DNA of 64,000 bases from Waddliaceae bacterium. GTDB taxonomy: Bacteria > Chlamydiota > Chlamydiia > Chlamydiales > SLFE01. The notes under the pieces are model-generated. The model saw only the letters and a program-made list of their open reading frames with translations, did not search any database and was not told the origin of the DNA. Positions within the stretch are counted from its first letter, which is position 1. Each line of letters starts with the position of its first letter. Made by a program: the position numbers and the translations under genes. Location: assembly GCA_963783885.1 (NCBI GenBank), contig CAWAPJ010000017.1, positions 37,791 through 101,790 of the forward strand. Direction: 5' to 3'. Shown here one piece after another: positions 38,400 to 49,372 of the stretch.

Positions 38400-39271
38400 T
38401 GGCTGTCTTATGCCGCAAAGAAACGAAAGTGATCACTCAAGGCATTACAGGAAAGGCCGGCCAGTTTCACACAGAGCAGTGCCTAGAGTATGGAAGCCTG
38501 TTTGTCGGCGGAGTCACTCCGGGAAAAGGGGGACAGGAGTCTCTCGGGCTTCCGGTATTCGACACCGTTGCCGAGGCTAAGAAGGAAACCAGCTGCGATG
38601 CGACGATGATTTTTGTCCCTCCTCCCTTTGCCGCTGAAGCAATTTTGGAGGCCGAGGAATCCGGAATTGAATTGATTGTCTGCATCACCGAGGGAATTCC
38701 CGTTAAGGATATGCTCGAGGTGAGCCAGGTGATGAAAAAAAGCAAGACCAGCCGATTGATAGGGCCTAACTGTCCCGGCGTGATCACGCCGGGCGAGTGC
38801 AAGATCGGCATCATGCCGGGATATATCCATCGTAGAGGGCACGTCGGCATCGTCTCTCGCTCGGGAACGCTGACATATGAGGCAGTGTGGCAGACAACTC
38901 AGCAGAATTTGGGTCAGTCGACGTGCGTCGGTATCGGCGGCGATCCTCTGAACGGCACGTCTTTTATTGACGTACTCGAACTCTTCGAAAATGATACCGA
39001 AACCAAGGCTATTCTTATGATCGGGGAGATCGGGGGCGAAGCAGAAGAAGAGGCGGCAGAATGGATTAAAAAACATGGCTCAAAACCTGTTGCCGCGTTC
39101 ATTGCGGGGAAAACCGCTCCTCCCGGAAGGCGCATGGGACATGCCGGCGCGATCATTTCCGGCGGGAAGGGGACAGCCGCAGGAAAAATAGACGCTTTAA
39201 AAGCGGCAGGTGTTGTAATCGCTGAGACTCCTGCGGAAATGGGCGAAGCTGTAAAAAAGGCGTTGGCATGA
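38396..39271 (+). CDS. sucD: Succinyl-CoA ligase alpha subunit
   Basis: [20 protein letters not shown] and RMGHAGA motifs. Confidence 0.97.
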   Translation: MMAVLCRKETKVITQGITGKAGQFHTEQCLEYGSLFVGGVTPGKGGQESLGLPVFDTVAEAKKETSCDATMIFVPPPFAAEAILEAEESGIELIVCITEGIPVKDMLEVSQVMKKSKTSRLIGPNCPGVITPGECKIGIMPGYIHRRGHVGIVSRSGTLTYEAVWQTTQQNLGQSTCVGIGGDPLNGTSFIDVLELFENDTETKAILMIGEIGGEAEEEAAEWIKKHGSKPVAAFIAGKTAPPGRRMGHAGAIISGGKGTAAGKIDALKAAGVVIAETPAEMGEAVKKALA

Positions 39272-40395
39272 TCTCCATCAAAGGAAAAATTCCCGTCACG
39301 ATTTATCCGGTCTTTTTTATCATTGCCGGTTTGATTGGTTTTTTATATTCCCAGTCAATTGTCGGCACCCTTCTTTGGATTGCCGTCATTTTAGTCTCCG
39401 TTCTTGTCCATGAATTCGGCCATGCGTTGACGGCTATGACCTTTGGGCAGACCGCGCGCATCGAACTTGTCGGATTTGGGGGGCTGACGCATCATGACGG
39501 CAAAATTTTAAAACCCTGGCAAAATTTCATCGTTGTTCTCGACGGACCTCTTGCCGGGTTTCTCCTTTGCTTAGCCGCATATGGACTTTTGTTTGTCGTT
39601 CCGGGCGGAGGTTTGTTCTCGGAGGCGCTTAAGATAGCCGTTTATGTCAATTTATTTTGGACGATTATCAACCTGCTCCCGATACAGCCGCTGGATGGGG
39701 GAAAGCTGCTCAGCATCGCCTGCGAAAAACTTTTTGGACACCGCGGCATGCGGCATTCTTACTTGTTTAGCGCTATTTTATCGGTCCTTCTAAGCATTGC
39801 ATTTTTTATTTTGGGATCGATAATTGCGGGCGCGATTTTTTTCCTTTTTGCTTTTGAGAGCTACCGGGGATGGAGCGAGCTGAAAAATTTGACCGCGCTT
39901 GACCGCGATCAAAAATTGCAGATGATGATGAAAAAAGCCGGCGAAAATTTGGAAACCGGAAATTATACTGAAGCCGAATCTCAGCTTGAGGAAATCATCA
40001 AGCAAACAGAGCAAGGTGTGATTTACAACACAGCAGTTGAACTTCTAGGCAGGCTCTATTTCTCTCGCGGCGATAATGAAAGGGCCTTTGATCTTCTTTA
40101 TCCGATCCGCGACTCCCTCTCTCCGCAGCTTATCAGTATCTTGCATAAAATTTCGGGATATCTTGACAAATGGGACGTCGCCCTTCAAATCGGGGAGCGG
40201 GCCTACAGCGAATCTCCCGACTTTGAGTCGGCGCTCATCAACGCTTCTGCCAACGCCTCAAGGGGAAATCTTCAAGCTGCTGTCGGCTGGCTGAAAAGGG
40301 CTGTCAGCGACGGGGCATCAAACATCGAGCAATATCTTGAGCGTTCCGAGTTTGATCCGCTGCGAGAAGATATCACCAAAGAACTTCAAAATTAA
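39268..40395 (+). CDS. Site-2 protease (M50) family metallopeptidase with C-terminal TPR-like domain
   Basis: HEFGH and [11 protein letters not shown] motifs, several TM helices, helical TPR-like tail. Confidence 0.88.
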   Translation: MISIKGKIPVTIYPVFFIIAGLIGFLYSQSIVGTLLWIAVILVSVLVHEFGHALTAMTFGQTARIELVGFGGLTHHDGKILKPWQNFIVVLDGPLAGFLLCLAAYGLLFVVPGGGLFSEALKIAVYVNLFWTIINLLPIQPLDGGKLLSIACEKLFGHRGMRHSYLFSAILSVLLSIAFFILGSIIAGAIFFLFAFESYRGWSELKNLTALDRDQKLQMMMKKAGENLETGNYTEAESQLEEIIKQTEQGVIYNTAVELLGRLYFSRGDNERAFDLLYPIRDSLSPQLISILHKISGYLDKWDVALQIGERAYSESPDFESALINASANASRGNLQAAVGWLKRAVSDGASNIEQYLERSEFDPLREDITKELQN

Positions 40396-40457
40396 ATTGA
40401 ATTGTTTCCTCTTTCTCATTAGTATCGTTTAAAAAAAAATATACAGGAGGCAAATGA

Positions 40458-41045
40458 ATGCAGGTGTCAACCCTTGAAACTTTCGAACAAAGAATAAGCG
40501 CCCTGGAAGCTGAAGTTAAACGGCTAAAATCATATCATCCAGCAGATGAAAATTTTAATCTACAACTCAATATAACCGGTAAGCTTTTTGAAAGAACTTT
40601 GAATTCGAAACATATCGAGTTGCAAAGGGTGATAAATGAAAAAACTCCATTAAAAGTTAATACTTTGATGAGTGTCGACGAACTTTATGATAGATTCAAG
40701 CTTGTTGTATCAAATATTGTGTTTAACAATTATGCAAAGACTGCCACAGCTAAAATTGATAAAAAGACAAGGGCTGATATTCGTAAAAAGGAAGCGTCTG
40801 GGTTTCAAATAAAAACATTAGTCAAAAAATGTGAAATGGAAAAGATGAAGGTGATGTTAACGGAAGGGGAAGAATTGCCTCGCTGTACCGATCCGATTTA
40901 TCAGAAGGGTATCGAAAAAGAAACTGAATTAAAAATAGATGTGGAATTTCAACTGCTCCTAGGTATAGAAATTGTCAGCTCCATCAGATCCCCCGCCTCG
41001 AATTCTAAAAGATTTTCAGTGCTATGGCCTAAGAAAACAACGTAA
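40458..41045 (+). CDS. Hypothetical protein
   Basis: AGGAGG RBS, 195 aa, AT-rich, short N-terminal coiled coil. Confidence 0.6.
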   Translation: MQVSTLETFEQRISALEAEVKRLKSYHPADENFNLQLNITGKLFERTLNSKHIELQRVINEKTPLKVNTLMSVDELYDRFKLVVSNIVFNNYAKTATAKIDKKTRADIRKKEASGFQIKTLVKKCEMEKMKVMLTEGEELPRCTDPIYQKGIEKETELKIDVEFQLLLGIEIVSSIRSPASNSKRFSVLWPKKTT

Positions 41046-41386
41046 GTTTTGAATATGGAAACAACGTGCCCGCTCCCAGTCTTTTGGACTCGGGCACAGG
41101 CACGAAGCTTTAATTGCTTATTTGACTCTCAGAGATACATAGTGGGTGACATTGCCTTGCTAGACAAGGAGATTGTCAGGTCCAACAGATCCCGCGTCTC
41201 GAATTCTAAAAGATTTTAACGACAAGTTTAGGTAGCAATCAGGGTCTATGGTCTAAAAAAAACAATGTAAGTTTTGAATATGGAAACAACGTGCCCGCTC
41301 CCTGTCTTTTGGACTCGGGCACAGGCACGAAGCTTTAATTGCTTATTTGACTCTCAGAGATACGTAGTGGGTGACATTGCCTTGCT
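40971..41386. repeat. Tandem direct repeat (~40971-41161 and ~41172-41386) spanning the 3' ends of the hypothetical gene and htrA
   Basis: GTAAGTTTTGAATATGGAAACAACGTGCCCGCTCCC.GTCTTTT(T)GGACTCGGGCACAGGCACGAAGCTTTAATTGCTTATTTGACTCTCAGAGATAC.TAGTGGGTGACATTGCCTTGCT occurs twice, nearly identical. Confidence 0.92.
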
Positions 41387-42749
41387 TGACTAAAAGCAGG
41401 ATGGGTTTTCCTTCTTCCGAGTCTGCAAGGGTGCTGTAGAAGTCATCCGGAGAGGTTACTTCTTTATGGTTCACCGAGATGATCAGGCTCCCTTTTTTGA
41501 TGCCGGCAAGTTGTGCAATGCTTCCGGGTTCAATGGAGGAGACGACAACGCCTCTTTCGTCGGTATAGCCGAGGCTTTTGCCGATGTCGTGTGTGAGTTC
41601 GGTGACCTGGACGCCGAGTTTATTTGCCGTTTCAGAATTTAAGGCGAGATTCTGAGGGTGGGATCCGACTTTGACATCGACATTCATGATCTTGTCTTTT
41701 CGCTTCACGGTAAGATGGATGACTTGATCGGGTTTCATGATGGAGACGGCATTGCGGATGACCGAGATGTTGTCGACCGGCTTGCCGTTGTATTTCAGGA
41801 TAACGTCTCCGCGCTGAAGTCCGGCTTTTGCGGCGGGGGAATCCTTAGCCACTTCGGCGACAAGCGCACCTTGGGTATCCTTGAGGTCGAATGCTTCGGC
41901 AAGGCCCTGATCAACTTGCTGCAGTACGACGCCGAGGTACCCCCTGGTAAAGGTTCCATTAGTGATCAACTGCTCCATAATATGTTCGGCGATGTTGCTG
42001 GGAATTGCAAAGCCAATACCCATGTAGCCGCCGGTGCTGGTTGCGATGGCTGTATTGATGCCCACAACGTCGCCTTTGGCATTCAAAAGGGGGCCTCCCG
42101 AGTTGCCGCGGTTGATGGCAGCGTCGGTTTGGATGAAATCTTCAATGGGAGTCAGTCCCAAATTGCTTCTGTCGATAGCGGAGACAACGCCGACTGTCAA
42201 TGTCGCGCTCAGTCCTAAAGGATTGCCGATGGCAATGACCCATTGGCCCACTTCCAAATTGTTCGAGTTGCCAAGTTTTAAATAAGGGAAATTTTCCCCG
42301 TCTATTTTCAGGACAGCAAGGTCTGTATTGGGATCCCGACCGATGATTTCGGCTTCATATTCTTTGCCGTTTTTCGTCGTGACAGTAACTTTGCTGGCAT
42401 TTTCAACTATATGGTTGTTTGTGAGGATATAGCCGTCTTCACTGACCAAAAACCCCGACCCTTGCCCGATGGATGGCTGAGATTCTCGCCGGGGAATGTT
42501 AAAAAACCGGTTCCAAAAGTCATCGCCGAAAGGGTCTTTTTCCTGTGCGCCGAATGGGGTGCCGAAAAATGATTGGGGAGATTGCTTGAATTCGACTTTA
42601 ACCGAAACGACAGCGGGTATGGCTTTTTTGGCGACAGAAGTAAAGTCGTCCGAAGGCTGGGCTGCCAGCGTTTGTGGAGAAAAAAAAGTCATTACATTGA
42701 AAGCTAGAATAAGTGTGGTAAAAAATGACAATACATATTTTTTTTTCAT
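41343..42749 (-). CDS. htrA: Periplasmic serine protease HtrA/DegP
   Basis: Signal peptide, GSGF, TNNH, DLAVLK, DAAINRGNSGGPL, two PDZ domains. Confidence 0.96.
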   Translation of the reverse strand: MKKKYVLSFFTTLILAFNVMTFFSPQTLAAQPSDDFTSVAKKAIPAVVSVKVEFKQSPQSFFGTPFGAQEKDPFGDDFWNRFFNIPRRESQPSIGQGSGFLVSEDGYILTNNHIVENASKVTVTTKNGKEYEAEIIGRDPNTDLAVLKIDGENFPYLKLGNSNNLEVGQWVIAIGNPLGLSATLTVGVVSAIDRSNLGLTPIEDFIQTDAAINRGNSGGPLLNAKGDVVGINTAIATSTGGYMGIGFAIPSNIAEHIMEQLITNGTFTRGYLGVVLQQVDQGLAEAFDLKDTQGALVAEVAKDSPAAKAGLQRGDVILKYNGKPVDNISVIRNAVSIMKPDQVIHLTVKRKDKIMNVDVKVGSHPQNLALNSETANKLGVQVTELTHDIGKSLGYTDERGVVVSSIEPGSIAQLAGIKKGSLIISVNHKEVTSPDDFYSTLADSEEGKPILLLVKQGNVTHYVSLRVK

Positions 42750-42752
42750 TGT

Positions 42753-44129
42753 TTACTCCTGGTTTTCAGCAATTATACTCAAAAGGCGGCCAATGCTCAA
42801 GAATCCTTTTTCGATACGGTCTAAACTAAAGTGTTCATTGGGGGCGTGAATTTGATCGTCCGCAAGGGCGAGTCCTGCGAAAACAGTTTCTCCTCCGCAA
42901 GCTTTGGCAAGTTTTGCGGTAATGGGGATCGACCCGCCTTCAACGATAAATTCGGCAGGCTTTCCAAAAACCTCCTCATAGGACTTTGCAAAGGCCTTGG
43001 CAATTGTGGAATGGGGAGTCGTGCGGACAGGGTATCCGGTTCCAGCTCGCAGTTTAACAGTTACTTCCGTCCCTTCCGGCTCCAGGCTTTTGATGTGTTC
43101 CACTAGCTTCTTACCCAATATATCGGGGTTTTGTTCGGGAACAAGGCGGCAGGATACTTTTGCTACAGCTTTTGCTGGAATGACAGTTTTAAATCCAGGA
43201 CCAGTATAACCTCCGCTCAATCCGTTGATTTCGAGCGTCGGTCGAAGTCCTGTTCTCTCCGCAAGAGGATACCCCTTTTCGCCTCCGGTCGGTTTTTGTC
43301 CAAAAACCTGGGCATATTTATCTTCGGGAAAGTCAAGGGCGAGAAAGTTTCTTTCATCGTCTGTCAATTCTTTGATATCGTCATAGAAACCGGGAATGGT
43401 AATTTTGCCGGTTTTGGAATCGCGAAGTTGTCCGAGTATCTGAACAAGGGCGTGGTTGGGATTGAACGCCGCACCGCCATGAGTTCCCGAGTGAAGGTCG
43501 GTCTTTGTTCCCCGGACCATTATTTCAAGTGTGATCATACCTCTGACCCCGAGTGTTACAGCGGGGGTGGACTTGCTTCTCATACCCATATCCACTACGG
43601 CCAGATAGTCGGCTTTGAGCTGTTGCTTTTTCTTTTCAAGCAGTGCAGGAAGGCTGGGGCTTCCGATTTCTTCTTCCCCTTCAATCAGTATTTTGACGTT
43701 GATGGGAAGAATTTTTTTTTCTTTCAAAAGAGAGCAAATGGAGAGGATAGAATAGAAGCATTGTCCTTTATTGTCCTGGGCTCCTCGGGCATAAATATTC
43801 CCATCTATAATGGTTGGCTCGAAGGGGGGCGAGTCCCACTCTTCCACCGGCTCGACAGGCTGAACATCGTAATGGTGGTAGAGAAGCAGTGTCGGCATTT
43901 CGGAACCGGCTTTCAGATAGGAGGCAAAAATCACGGGGTTCCCCTCGGTGTCCCAAATATCGGCATCGAGTCCGCTGTTAGATAAGTACTCTGCAAGCCA
44001 ATCGCAGCAGGCTTTCATATCTGCTGCGTTGTCAGGGTTGGAGCTGATGCTGGGAAACTTCAGAAAAGTTTTATAGTCCTCAAGCCCCTGATCTTTTACT
44101 TTCTGATAGAGTGTCTGTAATTCATTCAT
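42753..44129 (-). CDS. M20 family dipeptidase
   Basis: HHYDVQP, ARGAQDNKG, EGEEEIGS, DLHSG and HAPNE motifs. Confidence 0.92.
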   Translation of the reverse strand: MNELQTLYQKVKDQGLEDYKTFLKFPSISSNPDNAADMKACCDWLAEYLSNSGLDADIWDTEGNPVIFASYLKAGSEMPTLLLYHHYDVQPVEPVEEWDSPPFEPTIIDGNIYARGAQDNKGQCFYSILSICSLLKEKKILPINVKILIEGEEEIGSPSLPALLEKKKQQLKADYLAVVDMGMRSKSTPAVTLGVRGMITLEIMVRGTKTDLHSGTHGGAAFNPNHALVQILGQLRDSKTGKITIPGFYDDIKELTDDERNFLALDFPEDKYAQVFGQKPTGGEKGYPLAERTGLRPTLEINGLSGGYTGPGFKTVIPAKAVAKVSCRLVPEQNPDILGKKLVEHIKSLEPEGTEVTVKLRAGTGYPVRTTPHSTIAKAFAKSYEEVFGKPAEFIVEGGSIPITAKLAKACGGETVFAGLALADDQIHAPNEHFSLDRIEKGFLSIGRLLSIIAENQE

Positions 44130-44141
44130 ACGAACTATCAA

Positions 44142-45401
44142 TTAATACCAAATCAGAAAGAAAATTCCAAGAGATAAGAAGACAAAATAAACAGTCAGGA
44201 AAATTTTTACTTTTCTATGATGTTTTTCTATGAGAGCAGGAGTCTCCATAGCCTTTTTGAGGTAGTCGATACGCTGCTGGATGCCGAAATGATGCCAGCT
44301 GGGATGATGATGAATATTTCCTGAGGCGATGGCGATGTGGTCAAGGGCCGAAATGATATTTTCCGGAGGAAGTTTCAGTTTGAAAACATAGAGGTCGGCC
44401 TGTCTTTCGAAAAGGCGGGAGAAGAAACCGAAAATATAGCGGAAATAAAACCACATAATCAGGGCATAAGGCACAAATACCAGAAGGGGTGCGAACATAG
44501 GGGAAAAAGAAAAGTCGAGGAGATGATCGAAAAGAACAAAAAAAAGGGCGACAGAGACTCCCATGCCCAGAATGATCAAGGGGTAAAGCAGGAGGTGTTT
44601 GTGTTTGCTGTGCCCGATTTCATGGGCGAGTATGGCCTCCACTTGTTCGGGGGCGAGCATTTCCAAAAGTTTCGGAGTGAACATGACATAGCGGAAGCGG
44701 GGAATGACGCCGATGATTCCGGCTGTTATCGCATGGGGCAGAGCAGACCATGTGTTCATCCCTCCATGTGTGAAAGAGGCTTTTGTGCATAGGGCTTCAA
44801 GGCGCAAGCGGAGCTGACTATCTGCAAGGGGGGTGCAATTCCAGAATTTTTGTATGAAATAGGGGAGGAAAAGAAGACTGGCAATGAGCAGAAGCAGGGC
44901 TATCAGCGTGGGGACCCATCCTTCCGTAATGCCGAAGAAGACATAAAAGAGATCGAGTGTGATTGTCAGTGTGAAATAGGGAATGATAAACGGTATGAGA
45001 AAATTCATCTGAGATTTTGCACGGTTCCATCTGTCTTTTGTTTTTAAATCCACAGTGTATTGGGAAAAACCGAGGCCCAGCAGATAAAAGAATAAGGTTA
45101 CAGCAGAAAGGAGAGTATCGGAAGCCATAAGCCAGGAAAAATGTGTCTGAACCCCTAGGATTAAATAGATGAAAATAAAATATCCGATCAATTCCAAACT
45201 TGCGGCAAGGATTTTTTTCATTGGTTTCCGCGGTTTTAGCCACAAGTTTTGTAAAAAGATGACAACGAGCACTCCTGCATACAGGATTGCGGATAAAGCA
45301 ACTGTTTCAAACATGCCTAAATTCCAAAATCCACCGGAAAGTTCAGGCGCCAGATTGATTGTCAGAATCAGGAGAATAAGTAAAAAAATTTGTGTATACA
45401 T
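44142..45401 (-). CDS. M48 (Ste24/HtpX-like) membrane metallopeptidase
   Basis: LAHEIGH, FERQAD, HFGIQQRI; multiple TMs; likely start ATG 45401 just after the PreP stop. Confidence 0.85.
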   Translation of the reverse strand: MYTQIFLLILLILTINLAPELSGGFWNLGMFETVALSAILYAGVLVVIFLQNLWLKPRKPMKKILAASLELIGYFIFIYLILGVQTHFSWLMASDTLLSAVTLFFYLLGLGFSQYTVDLKTKDRWNRAKSQMNFLIPFIIPYFTLTITLDLFYVFFGITEGWVPTLIALLLLIASLLFLPYFIQKFWNCTPLADSQLRLRLEALCTKASFTHGGMNTWSALPHAITAGIIGVIPRFRYVMFTPKLLEMLAPEQVEAILAHEIGHSKHKHLLLYPLIILGMGVSVALFFVLFDHLLDFSFSPMFAPLLVFVPYALIMWFYFRYIFGFFSRLFERQADLYVFKLKLPPENIISALDHIAIASGNIHHHPSWHHFGIQQRIDYLKKAMETPALIEKHHRKVKIFLTVYFVFLSLGIFFLIWY

Positions 45402-45402
45402 A

Positions 45403-48345
45403 TTAAATATGGAGTGCCAGGCCGCTTGACTTGAGCTTTTCGTTTTCTCTGTCCAGAAGGTCTTTCCCTGAGAAAACGACGCTGATGCCTTTGCCCGCGA
45501 GAGAGGCAAGATTGTCTCTAACGGCTTCCTGGACATCATTTGCCGTCATTGACAATATTCGATCTCTGAATGTTTGCCGAATTTCGTGGGTTCTGCCATC
45601 CCGCAGCCAGCTGTAGGCGACATCGCCGCGAGAGCCGGGAGGGATGGGATGGTCGAGTGATTGGATGATTTCCAATTTCGCTTCTTCGAGGCGGGATTCA
45701 TCGAATTTTCCTTCGGCAGCATAATCAATGCTCTCCTTAAAGGCTCTGAACGAGTTAAAGATATTCGGATCGCGGAAAGCATAAAAGTAAAAGGTTCCGT
45801 CTCTGCTTACAGCACCCGATCCATAAGCTCCCCCCTGTTCTCTGATTTTAGGGTGGAGAATGGCATTTTCTAAAATTTGGCTGGCAAGGCTGAGTCCCGG
45901 AGCTTGCGGATGGGTGTAGGAAATACCTGGGAAGACCTGGCTGGAAAACGCCACATGGGATTGAATGACGTGTCCCTGCGAGGGAATCTTCGCCAAATGA
46001 AATACGGAAGCAGACCAGGGCTCAAAAGATTTTTTGGGAATATCCAGAAGACCAAAAAATTTATTTTGGGAAAGATCGTTGAAAACACCCTTTTCGCATG
46101 TGATGACAAGGTTGGGATCTTTCAGTTCCAAAAGTGATTTCCGAAGAGACTTCAATTTTTCAATCAGGCTCTCTTTATGCATGTCGAAATGGGTAACCAA
46201 TTCTTTCATTAAATTGTAATGATTGAACCCGAACCAGTCATTGGAGATCTTTGAGGCGAGAGTCAGTCCGCTCGCTCCCAGATTGATCGCATATTTCATG
46301 GCATTTTGCGTGAAATGCGTTTCAAGAGATGTATAATGTTTGAACAGGATCTCTTTAATCCTGGAAACATCGCTAAGGTCAAGACTGACAATCATGTCGC
46401 GAAGGAGGGGGAACAGCTTTGGAATTTTTGCGTGGAGCGCTTTTCCCTGGATGTGCAGGGTGGGTTGAAACGCATGAAAATCTTGGCAGTTGATATTTAA
46501 GCTGAGAGAAGCCCCGACCCCTCCGGTATTGGCCTGAATATATTCAAGATTGTCTTCATATGACCGGCCTCCGCAGCCGACCTGGGATATTAGCATAGCA
46601 AAAATGCGGATGTAGGGGAGCATCTCTTCAGGAAGTCTGGGAATATTGTAGACATAATCCGTATAAATAATACCGTTTGTGAAACAGTCGTGATGATAAA
46701 CATCGAGCCCGTCAAACGTCTGTTTTTCAAGCGAAAAGTCTCTGGCTTTTTTGGGGATGTCTGCAAGAGAGATCTTCGGAAGGATATCCAGGTTGTCTTT
46801 TTCGTGGGCTTTTTGATATGCAGCAAGGTTTTCCGCCTGGATTTTGACCTGCCTAATCTGTCCGGGAGAGAGCTTCTCCCTGATTTTTTCCAGTCTGTTT
46901 CTTTCGTTGGCGACTTCTTCATCTGCAAGAGTTGCGCTGGGCTCAAGTATCGTGAATACCCGATGGGGATTGTCGATAAGATATTTTTGAATCAGATCTT
47001 CGAGGTAATGCGGATTGGAAGCAATTGACTCCCGGAGTTTTTTGAAGAGGGAATGGATCATTAGTCCGAATTCGGGTTTCCCTCCGTGCTGCTGGGTCAG
47101 AACCGATCGGAAATAAAGGGATAGGCCGTAAGGGTACCCTTCTCCGGAAATTTCGCTTCGGGAAAATTCCAACTGATGCAAAGACCTTTCCAGGAGGGAT
47201 TCGGAAATTTTATTGCTTACAATCTGTTTGAGCGTCTCGAGAGTGAGAGATAAAATCTCTTTGCTTTTTCCATCTTTTAGTCCTTGAATGATAAGAACAA
47301 AAGGAACCTCTGTCGCTTCGGCATCGATGTAAGAGCTGACCTGAAGGCACAGTCCTGAGCGAAGCAGCGCCTTTTTCAGGGGGGCGGCATCGCTGCTCAT
47401 AAGTATCAGGTTGATGACGGAAAGGGCAAGGAGCTCTTCTTGCTCAAGGATGTGGCAGGTAAGCCATCCCAATGCCGCAATAGTCTTGTCCTGGGGGTCT
47501 TCGGTAGTGCCGAAAGGATACTTCCCTTTTTTGGTTTTCGGGGAGGTGAATCGTTTTTGCCTTGGCAGCGGAGGCCTCGGAGGGAGGGGTTTTGTCCGGT
47601 CCAAAACGTTTTTGGCAATGAATTCCAAATGCCCCTCAAGGGGCATATTGCCGTAGAAGTAGAATATCGCCCTGCTGGGATGATACGAGTTTTTATGGAA
47701 AGAGAGAAATTCCTCATAACTCAGTCTGGGTATATCCTTTGGATCTCCGCCGGAATTAAATCCATAAGTGAGATCCGGGAACAGGGTTTGGTTGAGCTCT
47801 TCGATAAGGCGCGCCTCTGGAGACGAAAGGGCTCCCTTCATTTCATTATAAACGATCCCCTTATACTCTAGCGGCGAGTTTTCGTTTTTGAGATCGGAAA
47901 ATTCCAGTCTCCACCCTTCTTGAAGAAAGCTTTCCTTTTTTAAGAGAGGGAAAAACACGGCATCAAGATAGACTTCCAGGAGGTTGTAGAAGTCTTGCGG
48001 AACTTGAGAGGCGGCCGGATAGCAGGTGAAGTCGGCGCCGGTCATAGCATTCATGAAGGTATTCAGGCTTCTTCGGTTCATGCTGAAGAAAGGGTCGCGG
48101 ACAGGGTATTTTTCCGAACCGCACAGTACCGAGTGCTCCAATATGTGGGCGACGCCGTTTGAGCTTGTCGGTATTGTCTTAAGCGAGAGGCAGAAGACAT
48201 TCTCGGGGTCGTCATTTTGAATGTGGACAATTTTTGCACCCGTGGCCTCGTGTGTCAGTTCTCTTAGAACGCACTTGATTTCGTGTATGTTAACGATTCG
48301 GTCGACGATATAGCCGAGTACTCTTTGATCTTTTTCGAATTGCAT
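45403..48345 (-). CDS. M16C family zinc metalloprotease (presequence protease / insulinase-like)
   Basis: GVAHILEHSVLCGS (HxxEH), FMNAMT, GIVYNEMKG, IREQGGAYG, RDPN; likely start ATG 48345. Confidence 0.93.
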   Translation of the reverse strand: MQFEKDQRVLGYIVDRIVNIHEIKCVLRELTHEATGAKIVHIQNDDPENVFCLSLKTIPTSSNGVAHILEHSVLCGSEKYPVRDPFFSMNRRSLNTFMNAMTGADFTCYPAASQVPQDFYNLLEVYLDAVFFPLLKKESFLQEGWRLEFSDLKNENSPLEYKGIVYNEMKGALSSPEARLIEELNQTLFPDLTYGFNSGGDPKDIPRLSYEEFLSFHKNSYHPSRAIFYFYGNMPLEGHLEFIAKNVLDRTKPLPPRPPLPRQKRFTSPKTKKGKYPFGTTEDPQDKTIAALGWLTCHILEQEELLALSVINLILMSSDAAPLKKALLRSGLCLQVSSYIDAEATEVPFVLIIQGLKDGKSKEILSLTLETLKQIVSNKISESLLERSLHQLEFSRSEISGEGYPYGLSLYFRSVLTQQHGGKPEFGLMIHSLFKKLRESIASNPHYLEDLIQKYLIDNPHRVFTILEPSATLADEEVANERNRLEKIREKLSPGQIRQVKIQAENLAAYQKAHEKDNLDILPKISLADIPKKARDFSLEKQTFDGLDVYHHDCFTNGIIYTDYVYNIPRLPEEMLPYIRIFAMLISQVGCGGRSYEDNLEYIQANTGGVGASLSLNINCQDFHAFQPTLHIQGKALHAKIPKLFPLLRDMIVSLDLSDVSRIKEILFKHYTSLETHFTQNAMKYAINLGASGLTLASKISNDWFGFNHYNLMKELVTHFDMHKESLIEKLKSLRKSLLELKDPNLVITCEKGVFNDLSQNKFFGLLDIPKKSFEPWSASVFHLAKIPSQGHVIQSHVAFSSQVFPGISYTHPQAPGLSLASQILENAILHPKIREQGGAYGSGAVSRDGTFYFYAFRDPNIFNSFRAFKESIDYAAEGKFDESRLEEAKLEIIQSLDHPIPPGSRGDVAYSWLRDGRTHEIRQTFRDRILSMTANDVQEAVRDNLASLAGKGISVVFSGKDLLDRENEKLKSSGLALHI

Positions 48346-48411
48346 GCTCTTTATTTTACTTTGATAAATAATAATTAACAAGTCTACAATGTAAGTTTCA
48401 ATGGAGAGGAT

Positions 48412-49227
48412 ATGAAATTATTTTTCTTTTTTATAGTCTGTTCTATGGCCTCTGTCTTTCTGAGTGCTTATGAGACGGCGATCGATTTTGACGAGGTTAA
48501 AAAGAACTATGAGGAAGGCAAATACAATAATATCCTGTCTGAAAACGAGTTTCTGTGCCATTCGTGGCTAGAGAAAGGTTATTTCGACGAATATATCGCC
48601 AATAGAAAAGATTCTATCCACCTGGCCCTCCAAAAATATCGTTTGGCAAAGCAGGCGCAGGAAAAAAACAAGTCGAGGCTTCTAAGGCTCGAAAAGAACA
48701 AGAAGAGAGCCTTGTATAATATTTGCGAATATCATCCCAATCTCCGCATTTCACGGATGGTTAAAAATATTCTGGAATACGATAAGCTTTCCGAGAAGCA
48801 TAAAGACGCTCTTGACTATATGGCCTTTCTTGAGTTTGGAGCCGTCGATGTCTCTCAAGACGCCGCAGCTTTTCATATTCAAAAAATGATGTTCGATTAC
48901 ACATTGCGGTTTCTGGTCGTCAGCTCTCTGCTTATCGACGGAAAAATCGGTACGGGAACCGCCCACATATTTCAGGTAATTCTGGAATTCGATAAGTCGC
49001 GGCATCTTAGAGAGCTTTGCAAGCAGTATCCTGAGTCGTATGCTGCGATAAAATGCCTGGAAGCCATGGATGTCAACCAAGCCATGCTTCCTGTTGCCTA
49101 TGATAAAAAATATTTGGGGGACCTGCTTGTCGGCATGCGGCCCCCTGAAAATGAGATAGAAAATAAGGTCCGTCGGATTCTCAAAGATGCTTACGTAAAG
49201 AAAATGGAACTTTTGGGAAGCAGGTAG
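48412..49227 (+). CDS. Exported hypothetical protein
   Basis: GAGG RBS, signal peptide MKLFFFFIVCSMASVFLSA, helical composition. Confidence 0.65.
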   Translation: MKLFFFFIVCSMASVFLSAYETAIDFDEVKKNYEEGKYNNILSENEFLCHSWLEKGYFDEYIANRKDSIHLALQKYRLAKQAQEKNKSRLLRLEKNKKRALYNICEYHPNLRISRMVKNILEYDKLSEKHKDALDYMAFLEFGAVDVSQDAAAFHIQKMMFDYTLRFLVVSSLLIDGKIGTGTAHIFQVILEFDKSRHLRELCKQYPESYAAIKCLEAMDVNQAMLPVAYDKKYLGDLLVGMRPPENEIENKVRRILKDAYVKKMELLGSR

Positions 49228-49372
49228 AAGGTATTGCGGCAAACTTCCAGTTATAGTGTAATGACATTAGCATGACTTTATGATTTTTTCAAAGCCTGTC
49301 GAAAAATTCGCAAGTCCCTAAAGAACAATAGATTAATAAACTTAACCTCAAAAAAAACATAAATCCGAGCTT

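Noticed and set aside
40971-41386. Possible CRISPR or attachment-site repeat
   Set aside because: Two long adjacent copies containing gene ends; no repeat-spacer periodicity, cas genes or integrase in the window.
43131-43985. 284-aa + strand ORF and other long antisense ORFs (e.g. 12700-13398, 30971-31588, 37461-38066)
   Set aside because: Antisense shadows of well-supported conserved genes, with no motifs of their own.
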